Positions 21,418 through 30,749 are shown, counted from the stretch's first letter. The stretch is DNA of 64,000 bases from an uncultured virus (IMG/VR IMGVR_UViG_3300029448_000026) (IMGVR_UViG_3300029448_000026:1-64000), one strand, 5' to 3'. Made by a program: numbers and translations. Notes: generated by a model from the letters alone, not told the origin.

Positions 21418-21711
21418 TCAAAGTCTCCTTATTAGTTCAGCCAGTTTAGGATGCCCTGCATCCGTTATCGCATTATATACAGTAGTTCTATCACTTCCGA
21501 TAGCTTCTTTTATATAATGCGTTATTATTTTTGCCAAGTTGTTTTTATATTCTATCGCCTGTTCTTTTATTGCAGGGGGTGCTGTATCAGAGATTTGTAC
21601 TATCTGAGCAACACATTGATTGGCAACTTCCTCTGGAGTAAACCCCCTATTATTAGTTACATTTACCTGTACCTGAAAGTCAGTAGGCATTGATAAAGAT
21701 CCTGTTAACAT
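21418..21711 (-). CDS. Hypothetical protein
   Basis: 97-aa ORF in structural operon. Confidence 0.55.
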   Translation of the reverse strand: MLTGSLSMPTDFQVQVNVTNNRGFTPEEVANQCVAQIVQISDTAPPAIKEQAIEYKNNLAKIITHYIKEAIGSDRTTVYNAITDAGHPKLAELIRRL

Positions 21712-21720
21712 GTTCCCTCT

Positions 21721-22353
21721 TTATTTTGGTTTTATACTGTATTGCCCTGATCGGTAAGCATCTTGCCTTAACTTGCCATCAGAAAGGTTTTTAAGTAACT
21801 GTATAGATTGAGCAAATTCTTTATCATATAGAGTTACTATATCTGGCTCCGCTTTCATAAACCGAGCAGCTTCAATTAAAGCTCCGTTTAGTAATGCGGA
21901 ATCAAATTCTGCTCCTAGCCAAGGAGTAGTGCCTGCTGTTACTATGGATTCAGGATAGTACCCATAGTGCAGATCTGTTGTATGATTACTGTTTGGGGTA
22001 GGGCCTATTATTATATATTCATCGCTAAAATAAGCGTAATGCTTGGGGAACCCTGTAGTAGCAGATTTAGGATAAGCTTCCCGTATAAAATTTTGGTCTT
22101 TCTGTATTAAGTAATTAACGTTACCATCAGTGTCCGTAACAGATAAACTATAACTATATAAAAAATCTGGAGGTATGGCTAAATACTGGTTTGCATTAGT
22201 TAACGTACCTGCAACATTCCTTCTAATAGCTGGTAATTGAACTATATTATATATTTTTTGTTCAGCCTGTTGGGTAAACAAAGCAAGCTGGTCATCTGAA
22301 AAAGAATGTTCAGCTATTTCTTTTATATTAGTTTTTAGCGATGCGTAATTCAT
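21721..22353 (-). CDS. Head-tail adaptor/tail tubular A-like protein
   Basis: 210 aa, MNYASLKTNI..AEQKI..IGPTP..LLNGALIEA pattern. Confidence 0.6.
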   Translation of the reverse strand: MNYASLKTNIKEIAEHSFSDDQLALFTQQAEQKIYNIVQLPAIRRNVAGTLTNANQYLAIPPDFLYSYSLSVTDTDGNVNYLIQKDQNFIREAYPKSATTGFPKHYAYFSDEYIIIGPTPNSNHTTDLHYGYYPESIVTAGTTPWLGAEFDSALLNGALIEAARFMKAEPDIVTLYDKEFAQSIQLLKNLSDGKLRQDAYRSGQYSIKPK

Positions 22354-22356
22354 AGG

Positions 22357-22644
22357 TTATCTCATTTTTGCTGGTCTTACACCTTTTTTAACTATACCTG
22401 CGCCACGAACTTTACCACCTTTTGTACCGCCTTTGGTCTTACCGCCCGTAGCGTAACCTTTTTTCATAGCTCCGCCCATAGCATAACTTTTTTTCTTCAT
22501 CATGCCACCTTTGCTCATAAAACCCATATTATTACGAACATCTTTAGGTAAAGAAGCTGCTCCCTTATTTGGTGCTGGTTTTAAACCGCCTGCAGCCATA
22601 CCTTTCTTCATTTTACCGCCCATCATGTAACCTTTTTTCTTCAT
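22357..22644 (-). CDS. Small K/G/M-rich basic protein
   Basis: 95 aa with seven xxGG units, ending GGKVRGAGIVKKGVRPAKMR. Confidence 0.65.
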   Translation of the reverse strand: MKKKGYMMGGKMKKGMAAGGLKPAPNKGAASLPKDVRNNMGFMSKGGMMKKKSYAMGGAMKKGYATGGKTKGGTKGGKVRGAGIVKKGVRPAKMR

Positions 22645-23321
22645 TTGTCTGTCTCCTTATATAAGTTATTGAAGACTCGACCAATATCCCAAATATAGTC
22701 TATATCTTCTTTAGAATTATAGATATATTGATTTGGTTTAAAATCTGGTGCGCCTTGACCTGTTTCAAACCACGCAGGGTGTGTAACCCGAACTCTATTG
22801 TTGGGTAAAGCAACAATATTACCAGTATACTCTCCTGCGTCTAATAATTCAAGTACATGACTTTGTTTGTGTTGTGCAGGATCATCAGCTACTTCACTAT
22901 CAGTGTAATCCACTGTAAAATAATACTTTGCAGGGAAGAACTCCCCATCAACTTTAGCTATCCAAGGGGCAGGTGAAGCTCTTTCTATTTTATAAACAGA
23001 ATGATTATGAGACATACAATCCCAAGGTTGCGCTAAGTATGGTGGTAACTCTGTAGGCCACTCATCATAGGGAGTATCAGCTACGAGGGCTGTAAGGGGC
23101 ATTCTAGCCCACATAGCTCCACCATGTACGTTAGGATCATCCGTATTATCTGACTCACACCCAGTAAATATAACTTGGAAACTGAGAGTCCTGTTCGGCA
23201 TTGATGTGACTGCTACTACCATTGCGTGTAAAAATTCTCCATGATATTTTTCAAAATTACAGGTGTATTCCCTTCTTACCCATGCCTTGAAATAGGGTAT
23301 ATTGCTTTGTAAGTACGCCAT
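22641..23321 (-). CDS. Conserved hypothetical phage protein
   Basis: 226-aa globular ORF (YLQSNIPYFKAWVRREY..ALPNNR). Confidence 0.6.
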   Translation of the reverse strand: MAYLQSNIPYFKAWVRREYTCNFEKYHGEFLHAMVVAVTSMPNRTLSFQVIFTGCESDNTDDPNVHGGAMWARMPLTALVADTPYDEWPTELPPYLAQPWDCMSHNHSVYKIERASPAPWIAKVDGEFFPAKYYFTVDYTDSEVADDPAQHKQSHVLELLDAGEYTGNIVALPNNRVRVTHPAWFETGQGAPDFKPNQYIYNSKEDIDYIWDIGRVFNNLYKETDK

Positions 23322-23353
23322 TTATATCTCTCGCTTTTATTTTTATCATTGTT

Positions 23354-24007
23354 TTATACTATTGTTATGTTTCCAACCATACTACTATGGCTTGTACATT
23401 GATACACCAAAGATGTATCGGAGGGTTCGTGAGGCACGATGAACTGTGTCAGTCCTGTAGTTGAATTGTAATTATCTGTAACACCCGTAGTAAAAGCAGA
23501 ACCACCGTTAGATGTTCTTATCTGCAAGGGATGGCTCCCTACGTTTGAAGTATTATCAATTAAATAAGTGTGTCCCTTATAGAAGGTAAAGTTTGGATTA
23601 TTACCAGATGTAGCCCCAGGACCTGTAAACGTGTAAGCAGATGATCCGTTTGTTCCTGCGGTATATTTAGTTACGGGGCCAGTTGTCTCATCATTAACTC
23701 TAATCCATGCCCCTCCATGAGCAAAATATAACCCACCAGTCGCATGAACATGAGCTACGGCTCCATGATATGTACTTGCGCTGGGCAGATCACTTAAAGC
23801 CCCGTAGTAAAAAACGATTTTGTTTGCCCCAGAACTAACGTCTATGACACCATTAGCGTCTATTATGTCAGTCAATACACTAGAACTATTTCCTAGAGCA
23901 GCGTAAATTTCGTTAAAATTATCATTTATTTTATCTGCGCCTGCTCGTAAAGTATCACCTGTACCGTCATTTGCACTGCTACCTATGCCTACTGCTTGTT
24001 TTGCCAT
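23354..24007 (-). CDS. Virion protein with T4 gp9/gp10-like N-terminus and cupredoxin-like C-terminus
   Basis: IGSSANDGTGDTLRAGADKINDNFNEIY; C-terminal HPLQI...YQCTSHSSMVG. Confidence 0.65.
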   Translation of the reverse strand: MAKQAVGIGSSANDGTGDTLRAGADKINDNFNEIYAALGNSSSVLTDIIDANGVIDVSSGANKIVFYYGALSDLPSASTYHGAVAHVHATGGLYFAHGGAWIRVNDETTGPVTKYTAGTNGSSAYTFTGPGATSGNNPNFTFYKGHTYLIDNTSNVGSHPLQIRTSNGGSAFTTGVTDNYNSTTGLTQFIVPHEPSDTSLVYQCTSHSSMVGNITIV

Positions 24008-24010
24008 TTC

Positions 24011-24502
24011 TTACCCTTCATCAAATGTGTCTGTTGTGGAGTCTAACGTAACTGCTGTACTATCAAAAGAAGGAATTGCGCCTGTAATAGTTACTGAACC
24101 GACTGAACTCGTTGCTGATACACCTGTAAGACTAACACCATCTAAACTAGTATCTGTTACTACAGTTACAACTCCTACAGAAGTTAAAGCTTTTAAATTA
24201 TTAGGTTGACTAAGTGCTTCATCACTACCACCCCCAACAGGGTCCCATCCCCATTGAATATTTCTGCTTGATACCAGTTCTGCAAAGTCAGATCTAGGAT
24301 TTTGTATAGCTTGTGGATCACTTACAGGAAACCTACCTAGTTCATTTTGTGGGTGATCTGGCTCCCAACACTCAGGACAAGCTAAAATATTGGTTGTACG
24401 CCCTCTAACCGTAGTCGATCTTAGTTCATTTAGCTGGTACTGAAACCCACAAACATCGCATATAGCAATAGCTCTGGCACTAGATGCAAACCTATTTGTC
24501 AT
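24011..24502 (-). CDS. Zn-finger protein with fibre-like C-terminus
   Basis: CDVC...CPEC cysteine pairs; T/S-rich tail. Confidence 0.6.
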   Translation of the reverse strand: MTNRFASSARAIAICDVCGFQYQLNELRSTTVRGRTTNILACPECWEPDHPQNELGRFPVSDPQAIQNPRSDFAELVSSRNIQWGWDPVGGGSDEALSQPNNLKALTSVGVVTVVTDTSLDGVSLTGVSATSSVGSVTITGAIPSFDSTAVTLDSTTDTFDEG

Positions 24503-24505
24503 TCA

Positions 24506-24820
24506 CTACCTCATTTTAACAGGGCGTACACCTCTTTGGGCTATACCTGCTCCACGAACTTGACCACCTGTTTTCATACCGTCTGTACCCTGCCTTCTGC
24601 CACCTTTAAGTGTACGTTTTTTCTTTCTAAATCCTTTTGGCCCTGCCCTGTCAATAAAATCAGTACCATGCATTCTTAGAAACTCTGCTTCTTCCTTTGG
24701 GGTCATCTTATCGTCTGGGTAAAATATACCCCCACCTTTACGGTCTGGATCGGACATACCAATATCTAACTCGTTAAAAGTAGGACGTTCTATAACTTTT
24801 GGATCTTTTGGTCCTGCCAT
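24506..24820 (-). CDS. Small basic protein
   Basis: 104 aa ending MKTGGQVRGAGIAQRGVRPVKMR, paralogous to the 22357-22644 C-terminus. Confidence 0.6.
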   Translation of the reverse strand: MAGPKDPKVIERPTFNELDIGMSDPDRKGGGIFYPDDKMTPKEEAEFLRMHGTDFIDRAGPKGFRKKKRTLKGGRRQGTDGMKTGGQVRGAGIAQRGVRPVKMR

Positions 24821-24830
24821 ATTATATCTC

Positions 24831-25517
24831 CTATATCCTATTTACTCTTGGCACGAAATGTTCCGATGTTTTCTCCCTATCTTCACCTGCTGCTAAACTA
24901 TACTGTTCATCATAAGCCTGTTTTAATATAGGTACTCTAGCTATAAGGTCAGGATCTTTCATAGCAATGTGGTAAGCTAATCCTGCTACTAAGCAAGGTA
25001 AAAACCTAAAATTCATATCTGCTGTTTCCACACCGCTACCAGCGTCTTCTACTCTTCGCATACGCCAGTAAACTAACGTATAACTATTATTGTCTGGTAC
25101 AGGCCATAAGTTTACTCTAGGAGCATCTCTTAGACGCTCTATCCATATTTGTATAGGTCTACCCTGTGATAACTTGTTTGGAATAGACGCGTAAGTACTT
25201 ACACCTATACGACTTATGGTGAGATCAGATTGTGTTGTAGAATTGCCAGCGTTTGTGCGTATTACGTGATCGAGTAAGTCTATTGTATCAGATAGTAATG
25301 TATATTGAGAAGTCCCAGCTGTAAGGGCTTGAGTTTTCTGATCTATTGTCCATAGGTTCAAACCTCTGTTCTGCCACTCAATAGTCATCAGATTCATAGA
25401 TCTGCGGGCAGTTCTTAAATCATAACCTGAACGCATCTCCCTACCAGCACGTTCCCACGCTTCTTCAGCAATCTCTGTGAAGTCCATGTCAAAAGCTGTA
25501 GTTCCTGATGTAGCCAT
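24831..25517 (-). CDS. Head completion/connector protein
   Basis: 228 aa, MATSGTTAF..EEAWERAG..NRGLNLWT..LWPVP..LVAGLAY. Confidence 0.6.
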   Translation of the reverse strand: MATSGTTAFDMDFTEIAEEAWERAGREMRSGYDLRTARRSMNLMTIEWQNRGLNLWTIDQKTQALTAGTSQYTLLSDTIDLLDHVIRTNAGNSTTQSDLTISRIGVSTYASIPNKLSQGRPIQIWIERLRDAPRVNLWPVPDNNSYTLVYWRMRRVEDAGSGVETADMNFRFLPCLVAGLAYHIAMKDPDLIARVPILKQAYDEQYSLAAGEDREKTSEHFVPRVNRI

Positions 25518-25526
25518 ATTTATCCT

Positions 25527-25754
25527 CTATGTGTACAAGGTTTGTTTCCTTCTACCTTCCATTACTTTACCACAGCCTCTAGCTATGGAACGTTTACGTC
25601 TAGCTAAACCCCCACCAAACTTTTTACTTTCTACCCCTTTATTTTTAGGGTTAAAACCTTTTGAAAGTAAAAACTGATCTAAACTCATTTGGTCAGATGC
25701 AGGTCCATCAAAGTATTCTTCTCTAAGCTGTTTCTCTTCTTCTGTCATGCCCAA
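25527..25754 (-). CDS. Small protein with basic C-terminus
   Basis: 75 aa, KKFGGGLARRKRSIARGCG. Confidence 0.55.
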   Translation of the reverse strand: MGMTEEEKQLREEYFDGPASDQMSLDQFLLSKGFNPKNKGVESKKFGGGLARRKRSIARGCGKVMEGRRKQTLYT

Positions 25755-25963
25755 GGTCCTTTCCCAGCACCTTTTGTAGCTGCCCCCATACCACGTACTA
25801 AACCGCCACCAGCTTTCTTTTCTGGTTTTTTAATGTCTGGTTGGGGTGAGGGTATTTTTAAGGTCTTTGGGGCTTTAGTTCTCCCCATCGCCATATTTCT
25901 AGAGCCAACCATTTTGTCTCTTGCGTTACCAGTCATAAGTCTTTGGAAATTTGATTTATTCAT
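25745..25963 (-). CDS. Small basic protein
   Basis: 72 aa, KKAGGGLVRGMGAATKG. Confidence 0.55.
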   Translation of the reverse strand: MNKSNFQRLMTGNARDKMVGSRNMAMGRTKAPKTLKIPSPQPDIKKPEKKAGGGLVRGMGAATKGAGKGPWA

Positions 25964-26232
25964 TTTCTTTTTCTCCTAGCTAATCCACCATGACGAAATT
26001 TTACTTTTGCCTTTGGCGTATTCGACACCACAGTTTTACCTTTTGAACCAGCCCTCTTCTTTTTCTTGGCTGTCGAAGACCTTTCGCCTTTAGATAAGGA
26101 CTGGGCTTTAGAACGAGGTAGACACCTATCAGGGTTTTTCTTATCTTTTGAAGTACCGCACTTACCTTTGATGTTACCATCAGTGCCTATTCTAACCCAA
26201 TCCTGGTTTACCCAATCTTTAAGCTGGCCCAT
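25960..26232 (-). CDS. Small basic protein (possibly DUF5872-like C-half)
   Basis: 90 aa, LKDWVNQDWV..CG..CLP, ending FRHGGLARRKRK. Confidence 0.55.
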   Translation of the reverse strand: MGQLKDWVNQDWVRIGTDGNIKGKCGTSKDKKNPDRCLPRSKAQSLSKGERSSTAKKKKRAGSKGKTVVSNTPKAKVKFRHGGLARRKRK

Positions 26233-26390
26233 TATTTTTTCTTCTTACTACCTTTTGCATAACTGGGGTCTTTACAATACTTAGACGCTGCCATGTTAGC
26301 ATAAGCTGAAGGATAAGTGTCAAAGGTTCGTTTTGCCCAAGCCTTTCCAGAAGGGCAAATCTTACCTCCGTTTTTATAGTATCTACGCAT
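26232..26390 (-). CDS. Small basic protein (possibly DUF5872-like N-half)
   Basis: MRRYYKNGGKIC..YPSAYAN; start moved to ATG 26390, which overlaps the upstream TGA. Confidence 0.55.
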   Translation of the reverse strand: MRRYYKNGGKICPSGKAWAKRTFDTYPSAYANMAASKYCKDPSYAKGSKKKK

Positions 26391-26683
26391 CAGCCGAAAA
26401 AACCTGTAAAAGAATCTACTGCTGTTAATGTAACGTGGCATTCATTCTTGAACAAAATACCTGCTCCAGGAAGGTTCATATAAAAGTCATCACTTTGATT
26501 AAAAGACATATCTAATAGAGTCGCCCCTGTAGAACTATCTTTTAATACAATTTGAGGGCTTCCAGAACCTGCAGATTTTAGGGCTAATGTTTTTAAACGA
26601 GTACGACCTTGTTTGACCGTACCCGTAGCAGTTACAGTGACCGCTTCTATGTCGGAGTCACCTGTGGATGTCAAATGAGCCAT
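26390..26683 (-). CDS. Small beta-rich virion protein
   Basis: 97 aa ending LPGAGILF..VTL..TGFFG; AGGAG RBS. Confidence 0.55.
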   Translation of the reverse strand: MAHLTSTGDSDIEAVTVTATGTVKQGRTRLKTLALKSAGSGSPQIVLKDSSTGATLLDMSFNQSDDFYMNLPGAGILFKNECHVTLTAVDSFTGFFG

Positions 26684-26695
26684 ATGTGTCTCCTA

Positions 26696-27178
26696 CTACG
26701 CTACGAGGTTACTTGCTTGTTGATACAAAACAGTCGCTCTAATTTCACCAGCTTGAGTAGCACCTGTTGTTGTCCAAGTAAGTCGGATATCAGCTGTATT
26801 TGAAGTTTCCGCCCAAGATAAGGCAGCTCCAGCTTCTGAACCAGGATATTTACGCCCAGCGTTACCCGCACCTGTTGCACAAGTAAATTGGTTAATCAGT
26901 GTTGCGTTTCCGCCTACAGTATCGCCAATACTAAGAACAGCAGCTGCATTTGTAATAGCTGTTGCTACATCAAGAACAATGTCTATGATTTGTGATTTTG
27001 CTGGTATTACAACGTCTGTAACGTTTGCTGCAGATGCGCCAGCTGCTAATGATCCTGTTGTAAAAGATTGAGCCATAACAACTTGACCTGTATTTTTAAT
27101 ATCAGAGCCAACAGTCGTACCCGTAGTTTCTTTAATTGTACCAGCCTTTATCGGGCCAGAAAAAGTAGTAGTTCCCAT
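26696..27178 (-). CDS. Putative capsid decoration protein
   Basis: 160 aa, MGTTTFSGPIKAG..IPAKSQIIDI; first gene after the capsid gene; GAGGAG RBS. Confidence 0.55.
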   Translation of the reverse strand: MGTTTFSGPIKAGTIKETTGTTVGSDIKNTGQVVMAQSFTTGSLAAGASAANVTDVVIPAKSQIIDIVLDVATAITNAAAVLSIGDTVGGNATLINQFTCATGAGNAGRKYPGSEAGAALSWAETSNTADIRLTWTTTGATQAGEIRATVLYQQASNLVA

Positions 27179-27246
27179 ATCTATCTCCTCTGTCGTTTAA
27201 GTCAACTACACTGTGTAGTTGTCAGGGATAATTTACTATACGACAG

Positions 27247-27286
27247 AAAAAATAAAAAAGAAAGGGTGATTTTCACCACCCCTTCT
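27247..27286 (-). terminator. Intrinsic terminator after major capsid gene
   Basis: AGAAGGGGTGGT-GAAA-ATCACCCTTTCT (12-bp stem with two G-U pairs) followed by a U-tract. Confidence 0.8.
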
Positions 27287-27307
27287 AGTTCCTAAGATTT
27301 TTAGACT

Positions 27308-28216
27308 TTACGCTCCAGGTGAGCCAAAGATACCTAGCGGATCGGATACACCAAAAGAGTATCTTTCTCTAGCTTTATATCTTGAATTACCTGTATCAAA
27401 GTCAGCATCCATAGATGTTGCCATTGGACTACGTGTAAAGTGTTTTAGGCCATTAGGTACGTCTGTCATGAGGAACCAAGCATCTGTATCGGTTAGATAA
27501 TGGTTGATAGAGTATCCTTCAGGTATAGAACCATTGTTACGTAGTGCGTTGAGATCATTGTCTGCTGTACCTACACGACCTTCTGTTTCTAACAATCTTG
27601 TAGCAATAAACTGTAGTGCTGGTGGGATTATTAGTTTTCTTGGTCGAGAAGCTATTAGTAGACCTCTCTCATCTGTCCAACCTGCGATCTGAATAACAGC
27701 TGCTTCTAATGAAGTTTCGTTAAGATCAGCTGCAACGGCTGGTTCGTTTGAGTTAACACCACCTGATACGAGTGGGTGATCGGTAGCACAAAGTGATTTA
27801 CCGTCTCCGTAGGTAGTGCCTCCAGCAAAAGCATTATTTAGAATTGTAGCTGCTTTTACTTGTTTTGTGTACGCCATAGCGCGAGCTAGAGCTTTGGTAT
27901 AACGAGATGATAGAGAATCATACAAGTTATCTTCAATCGCCTCTTCAGTGATTGAAAAACCCATAGCCACTGTCTCATGGTTATAGCGTGAAGTGAATGC
28001 TTCTTGTGCATTGTCATACTCGATGGCAGAACCCTCGTTTTTGACAGGTGCAGCTGAGAAGCCACTTAGTTTGGTCTCTTCTTCAAAAGAACGATCAGAA
28101 CTTTCAGACTCGAAAATTTCTGCATGTTCCTCACCGTACTTAGCATACTCTAAACCGAATAATGCATTCAAGCCAGGGAGTAGTTCTTTAAGAAGTTGGG
28201 CGCGTGAAATAGCCAT
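27308..28216 (-). CDS. Major capsid protein
   Basis: 302 aa, MAISRAQLLKELLPGLNALFG..PRKLIIPPAL..RYSFG; downstream of scaffold and followed by a terminator. Confidence 0.85.
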   Translation of the reverse strand: MAISRAQLLKELLPGLNALFGLEYAKYGEEHAEIFESESSDRSFEEETKLSGFSAAPVKNEGSAIEYDNAQEAFTSRYNHETVAMGFSITEEAIEDNLYDSLSSRYTKALARAMAYTKQVKAATILNNAFAGGTTYGDGKSLCATDHPLVSGGVNSNEPAVAADLNETSLEAAVIQIAGWTDERGLLIASRPRKLIIPPALQFIATRLLETEGRVGTADNDLNALRNNGSIPEGYSINHYLTDTDAWFLMTDVPNGLKHFTRSPMATSMDADFDTGNSRYKARERYSFGVSDPLGIFGSPGA

Positions 28217-28219
28217 TTT

Positions 28220-28822
28220 CTATACTCCTAACGCTTTATCGTACTGGTGCATTCCGAAGTTCCACTTCACAATAAATTCTACAAAATTGCCATTTGCCAA
28301 CTTAGTATCATGTACAACATCAATAATCCGCATTGGGAAAGTATTTGTTGTATTGACAGCTGAGTCCATAGCAACTGTTGAATTACCAGTTACAGTTGAG
28401 CCAGTATTATTCACTAGCTTTATATTATTACCTAACGCAGTTTGTCCAACAGCAGTTACTGTTGTTCCACCCGCTGTACAGGAAACTACTTTAAATAAAG
28501 CATTTGGATCGTCACAGACGTATGCTTTAATATCAGAAGCTGCTGTATTAGCAGGATAATACTGTCTAAAGGTAAGTTGTTGAGTTCCAGGGTCTGTATA
28601 AGTACAGCCTAGGAATACGCCAACTGTGTTGGTAGTAGCCGTTGTTATTGCGTCTCTCTCAAGAAAACCCGTGTTCACTAATTTTACAACGTCACCATTA
28701 AAAATGTTTGTATTGTAACCAGAAGCGATAGCGAATTGTCGAGTAGATCCAGCAAAAGGCGTACCACCAGTCAAGTTGACTGGTTTTAGCCCGTAAGGGG
28801 CATCTATTGTAGGCCAAGCCAT
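28220..28822 (-). CDS. Minor capsid/cement protein
   Basis: 200 aa, DAPYGLKPV..IFNGDVV..GVFLGC..DDPN; immediately upstream of capsid gene. Confidence 0.55.
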   Translation of the reverse strand: MAWPTIDAPYGLKPVNLTGGTPFAGSTRQFAIASGYNTNIFNGDVVKLVNTGFLERDAITTATTNTVGVFLGCTYTDPGTQQLTFRQYYPANTAASDIKAYVCDDPNALFKVVSCTAGGTTVTAVGQTALGNNIKLVNNTGSTVTGNSTVAMDSAVNTTNTFPMRIIDVVHDTKLANGNFVEFIVKWNFGMHQYDKALGV

Positions 28823-28845
28823 GTTTTAGTCTCCTATAACTAAAA

Positions 28846-29295
28846 TTAATTGCCAGTTCCAAAAGTGACCTTAGATTTGCGATCATGAAATAATGGCATT
28901 CTAGGATCATTTTCTCTCATAAGGTTGTTGTCAACAGATTGTATTTGTCCGTCCGTTTGTTCTTGATAATGTGCGGTACGTTCATTTACAAGCTCTTGTG
29001 GGGCTTTACAAAGCATTAAACCACCAATAACTACATTGTCCCTAAATTTTTCATTTTCAATGGAAACAACAGTAATTTCTGGATGGTCGCTTGCCTTTAC
29101 AGGCTCCCAACCTTCACGTAATTTTGAAGAAACATTGGTTGGATCTACTTGTCCTTGTGTCGCTACACGAACCCATCGGAACGCATATCCTGGCTCTGGA
29201 TCAGGGGAAGGTAAAACTTCTGGTCTGGTCCATGCTCTTTTACGTACTACTTTTTCTCGTGTTGTAGCTTCACGGTTTATTCGATTTTCAACCAT
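28846..29295 (-). CDS. Conserved head-module protein
   Basis: 149 aa, PGYAFRWVR..LREGWEPV..GGLMLCK. Confidence 0.6.
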   Translation of the reverse strand: MVENRINREATTREKVVRKRAWTRPEVLPSPDPEPGYAFRWVRVATQGQVDPTNVSSKLREGWEPVKASDHPEITVVSIENEKFRDNVVIGGLMLCKAPQELVNERTAHYQEQTDGQIQSVDNNLMRENDPRMPLFHDRKSKVTFGTGN

Positions 29296-30302
29296 TATGA
29301 CTTCCTCATTTCTTCTGCAACCTTTTGGGCGTATAGTTCTAGCGGTACTCCAAGTTTCTTAGCAAGGGCAACCTGTGTTTGCGATAGCCTAATCTTTTTA
29401 GGTGCTACGCTCCGCGCTGCGGGTGCAACCACATTGGTCTGCTTTTTCGACTCTTCGACCTCTGGTTCGTTAGCGTCCTCAAATTTATTTGGGAACACTT
29501 CTCGCATACGAGTATTTATTGCCTCGTAGTATTCATCGCTCTGCAAGTCTACACCTTGTTTGTGTAACCTTGCATGGACTCCCATGGCAAGACTTGTCAT
29601 CTCATCGTCTGTACCAAACCAAGGATTCTTCTTTGACCATTGCAAAGCCTTATCATCGACTTTTGGTGCAGTAGGAGCCGTATCTACATTCTGTTTTACA
29701 TCAGAATCTTGTTCCTGTAAAGGAGGTATTTTAATATCTTTTAATTTGTCAGCTCTTATCTTGTTATGCGTAAGGGCTTCTTGAGCTGCTACAACAGCAT
29801 CTGTATCTCCTGCTTCATAAGCTTTTTTATACGCTTCTTTAGCATTCAATAGTTCAGTATCAACACTTTGCTGTGCTTGTTTTAACAAGGCTTCTTGATT
29901 TTTATTTAAATCGCCCTTTAACTTATCATTCTCTTGCATAAGCTGTTTTGTAAGACGTTCTAGTTCTTGGCCTTCACGTATAGACTGTTCTTTAGCCCTT
30001 CTTTCATCATGATAGCCTTTGCTGAAGTGCCTTATACGTTTTTGTACTTGCTCAGAATACTTAGTAAGTTCTTCATCTGTAACGTCTTCAGGGGGTTCAG
30101 AAGGTTTACGGTTTCTATCAGCCTTTGGAGTATCATCAACAACTTCGATTTCTACTTCATCTTTCTTAGGCTCTTCTACCTCGACCTTTACTTCTTCTTT
30201 TTTGGGGTTTAAATCTATTTCCACAGCAGAAGAGGATTCAATTTCTATATCTTTCTCTTCGCCTTCATGTGGAAAACTGTATTCTACTTTCTCTATTGCC
30301 AT
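29295..30302 (-). CDS. Capsid scaffolding protein
   Basis: 335 aa acidic coiled coil, WSKKNPWFG, ending LAKKLGVPLELYA; between portal and capsid. Confidence 0.65.
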   Translation of the reverse strand: MAIEKVEYSFPHEGEEKDIEIESSSAVEIDLNPKKEEVKVEVEEPKKDEVEIEVVDDTPKADRNRKPSEPPEDVTDEELTKYSEQVQKRIRHFSKGYHDERRAKEQSIREGQELERLTKQLMQENDKLKGDLNKNQEALLKQAQQSVDTELLNAKEAYKKAYEAGDTDAVVAAQEALTHNKIRADKLKDIKIPPLQEQDSDVKQNVDTAPTAPKVDDKALQWSKKNPWFGTDDEMTSLAMGVHARLHKQGVDLQSDEYYEAINTRMREVFPNKFEDANEPEVEESKKQTNVVAPAARSVAPKKIRLSQTQVALAKKLGVPLELYAQKVAEEMRKS

Positions 30303-30311
30303 CTTTATCTC

Positions 30312-30749
30312 CTATATTGCTCTCGATACACCGCGAGGATCGGCTACTACTGCTTCGATAGAATCATCATTCATTAAACGATACTCTACACCTGCTACTT
30401 TGAATCGTGTACCTGTATTAGCACGAAACATTACATAATCACCTACCTTACACCAAGGCGTGGTAAAACGTTCTTTGTCTTTATAAGCTTCTTCACCCAT
30501 ATCAAGCACAACGCCTATAATAGACATTATATGCTCATTATGTTTATGCGAATCAGTTTTTAGTACTTTTGTACCATCAAAAGTTTCTCCAACTTCTGGC
30601 ATGGCTACTAACAGCCTGTATCCTACAGGTTTGGGTAATTGTAGTTCTAAGTCAGCATCGCTAAGTTGGGTTTTTGCCGTTGTAGTCATCATTTCTAAGT
30701 CGGCATTGTTAATTTTAACAGTCTCTATATTTGTTTCACTCATCTTCAT
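30312..30749 (-). CDS. groES: GroES/Cpn10-like co-chaperonin
   Basis: PVGYRLLV..VVLDMG..KVGDYVMF..G..EYRLMNDDSIEAVV. Confidence 0.8.
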   Translation of the reverse strand: MKMSETNIETVKINNADLEMMTTTAKTQLSDADLELQLPKPVGYRLLVAMPEVGETFDGTKVLKTDSHKHNEHIMSIIGVVLDMGEEAYKDKERFTTPWCKVGDYVMFRANTGTRFKVAGVEYRLMNDDSIEAVVADPRGVSRAI

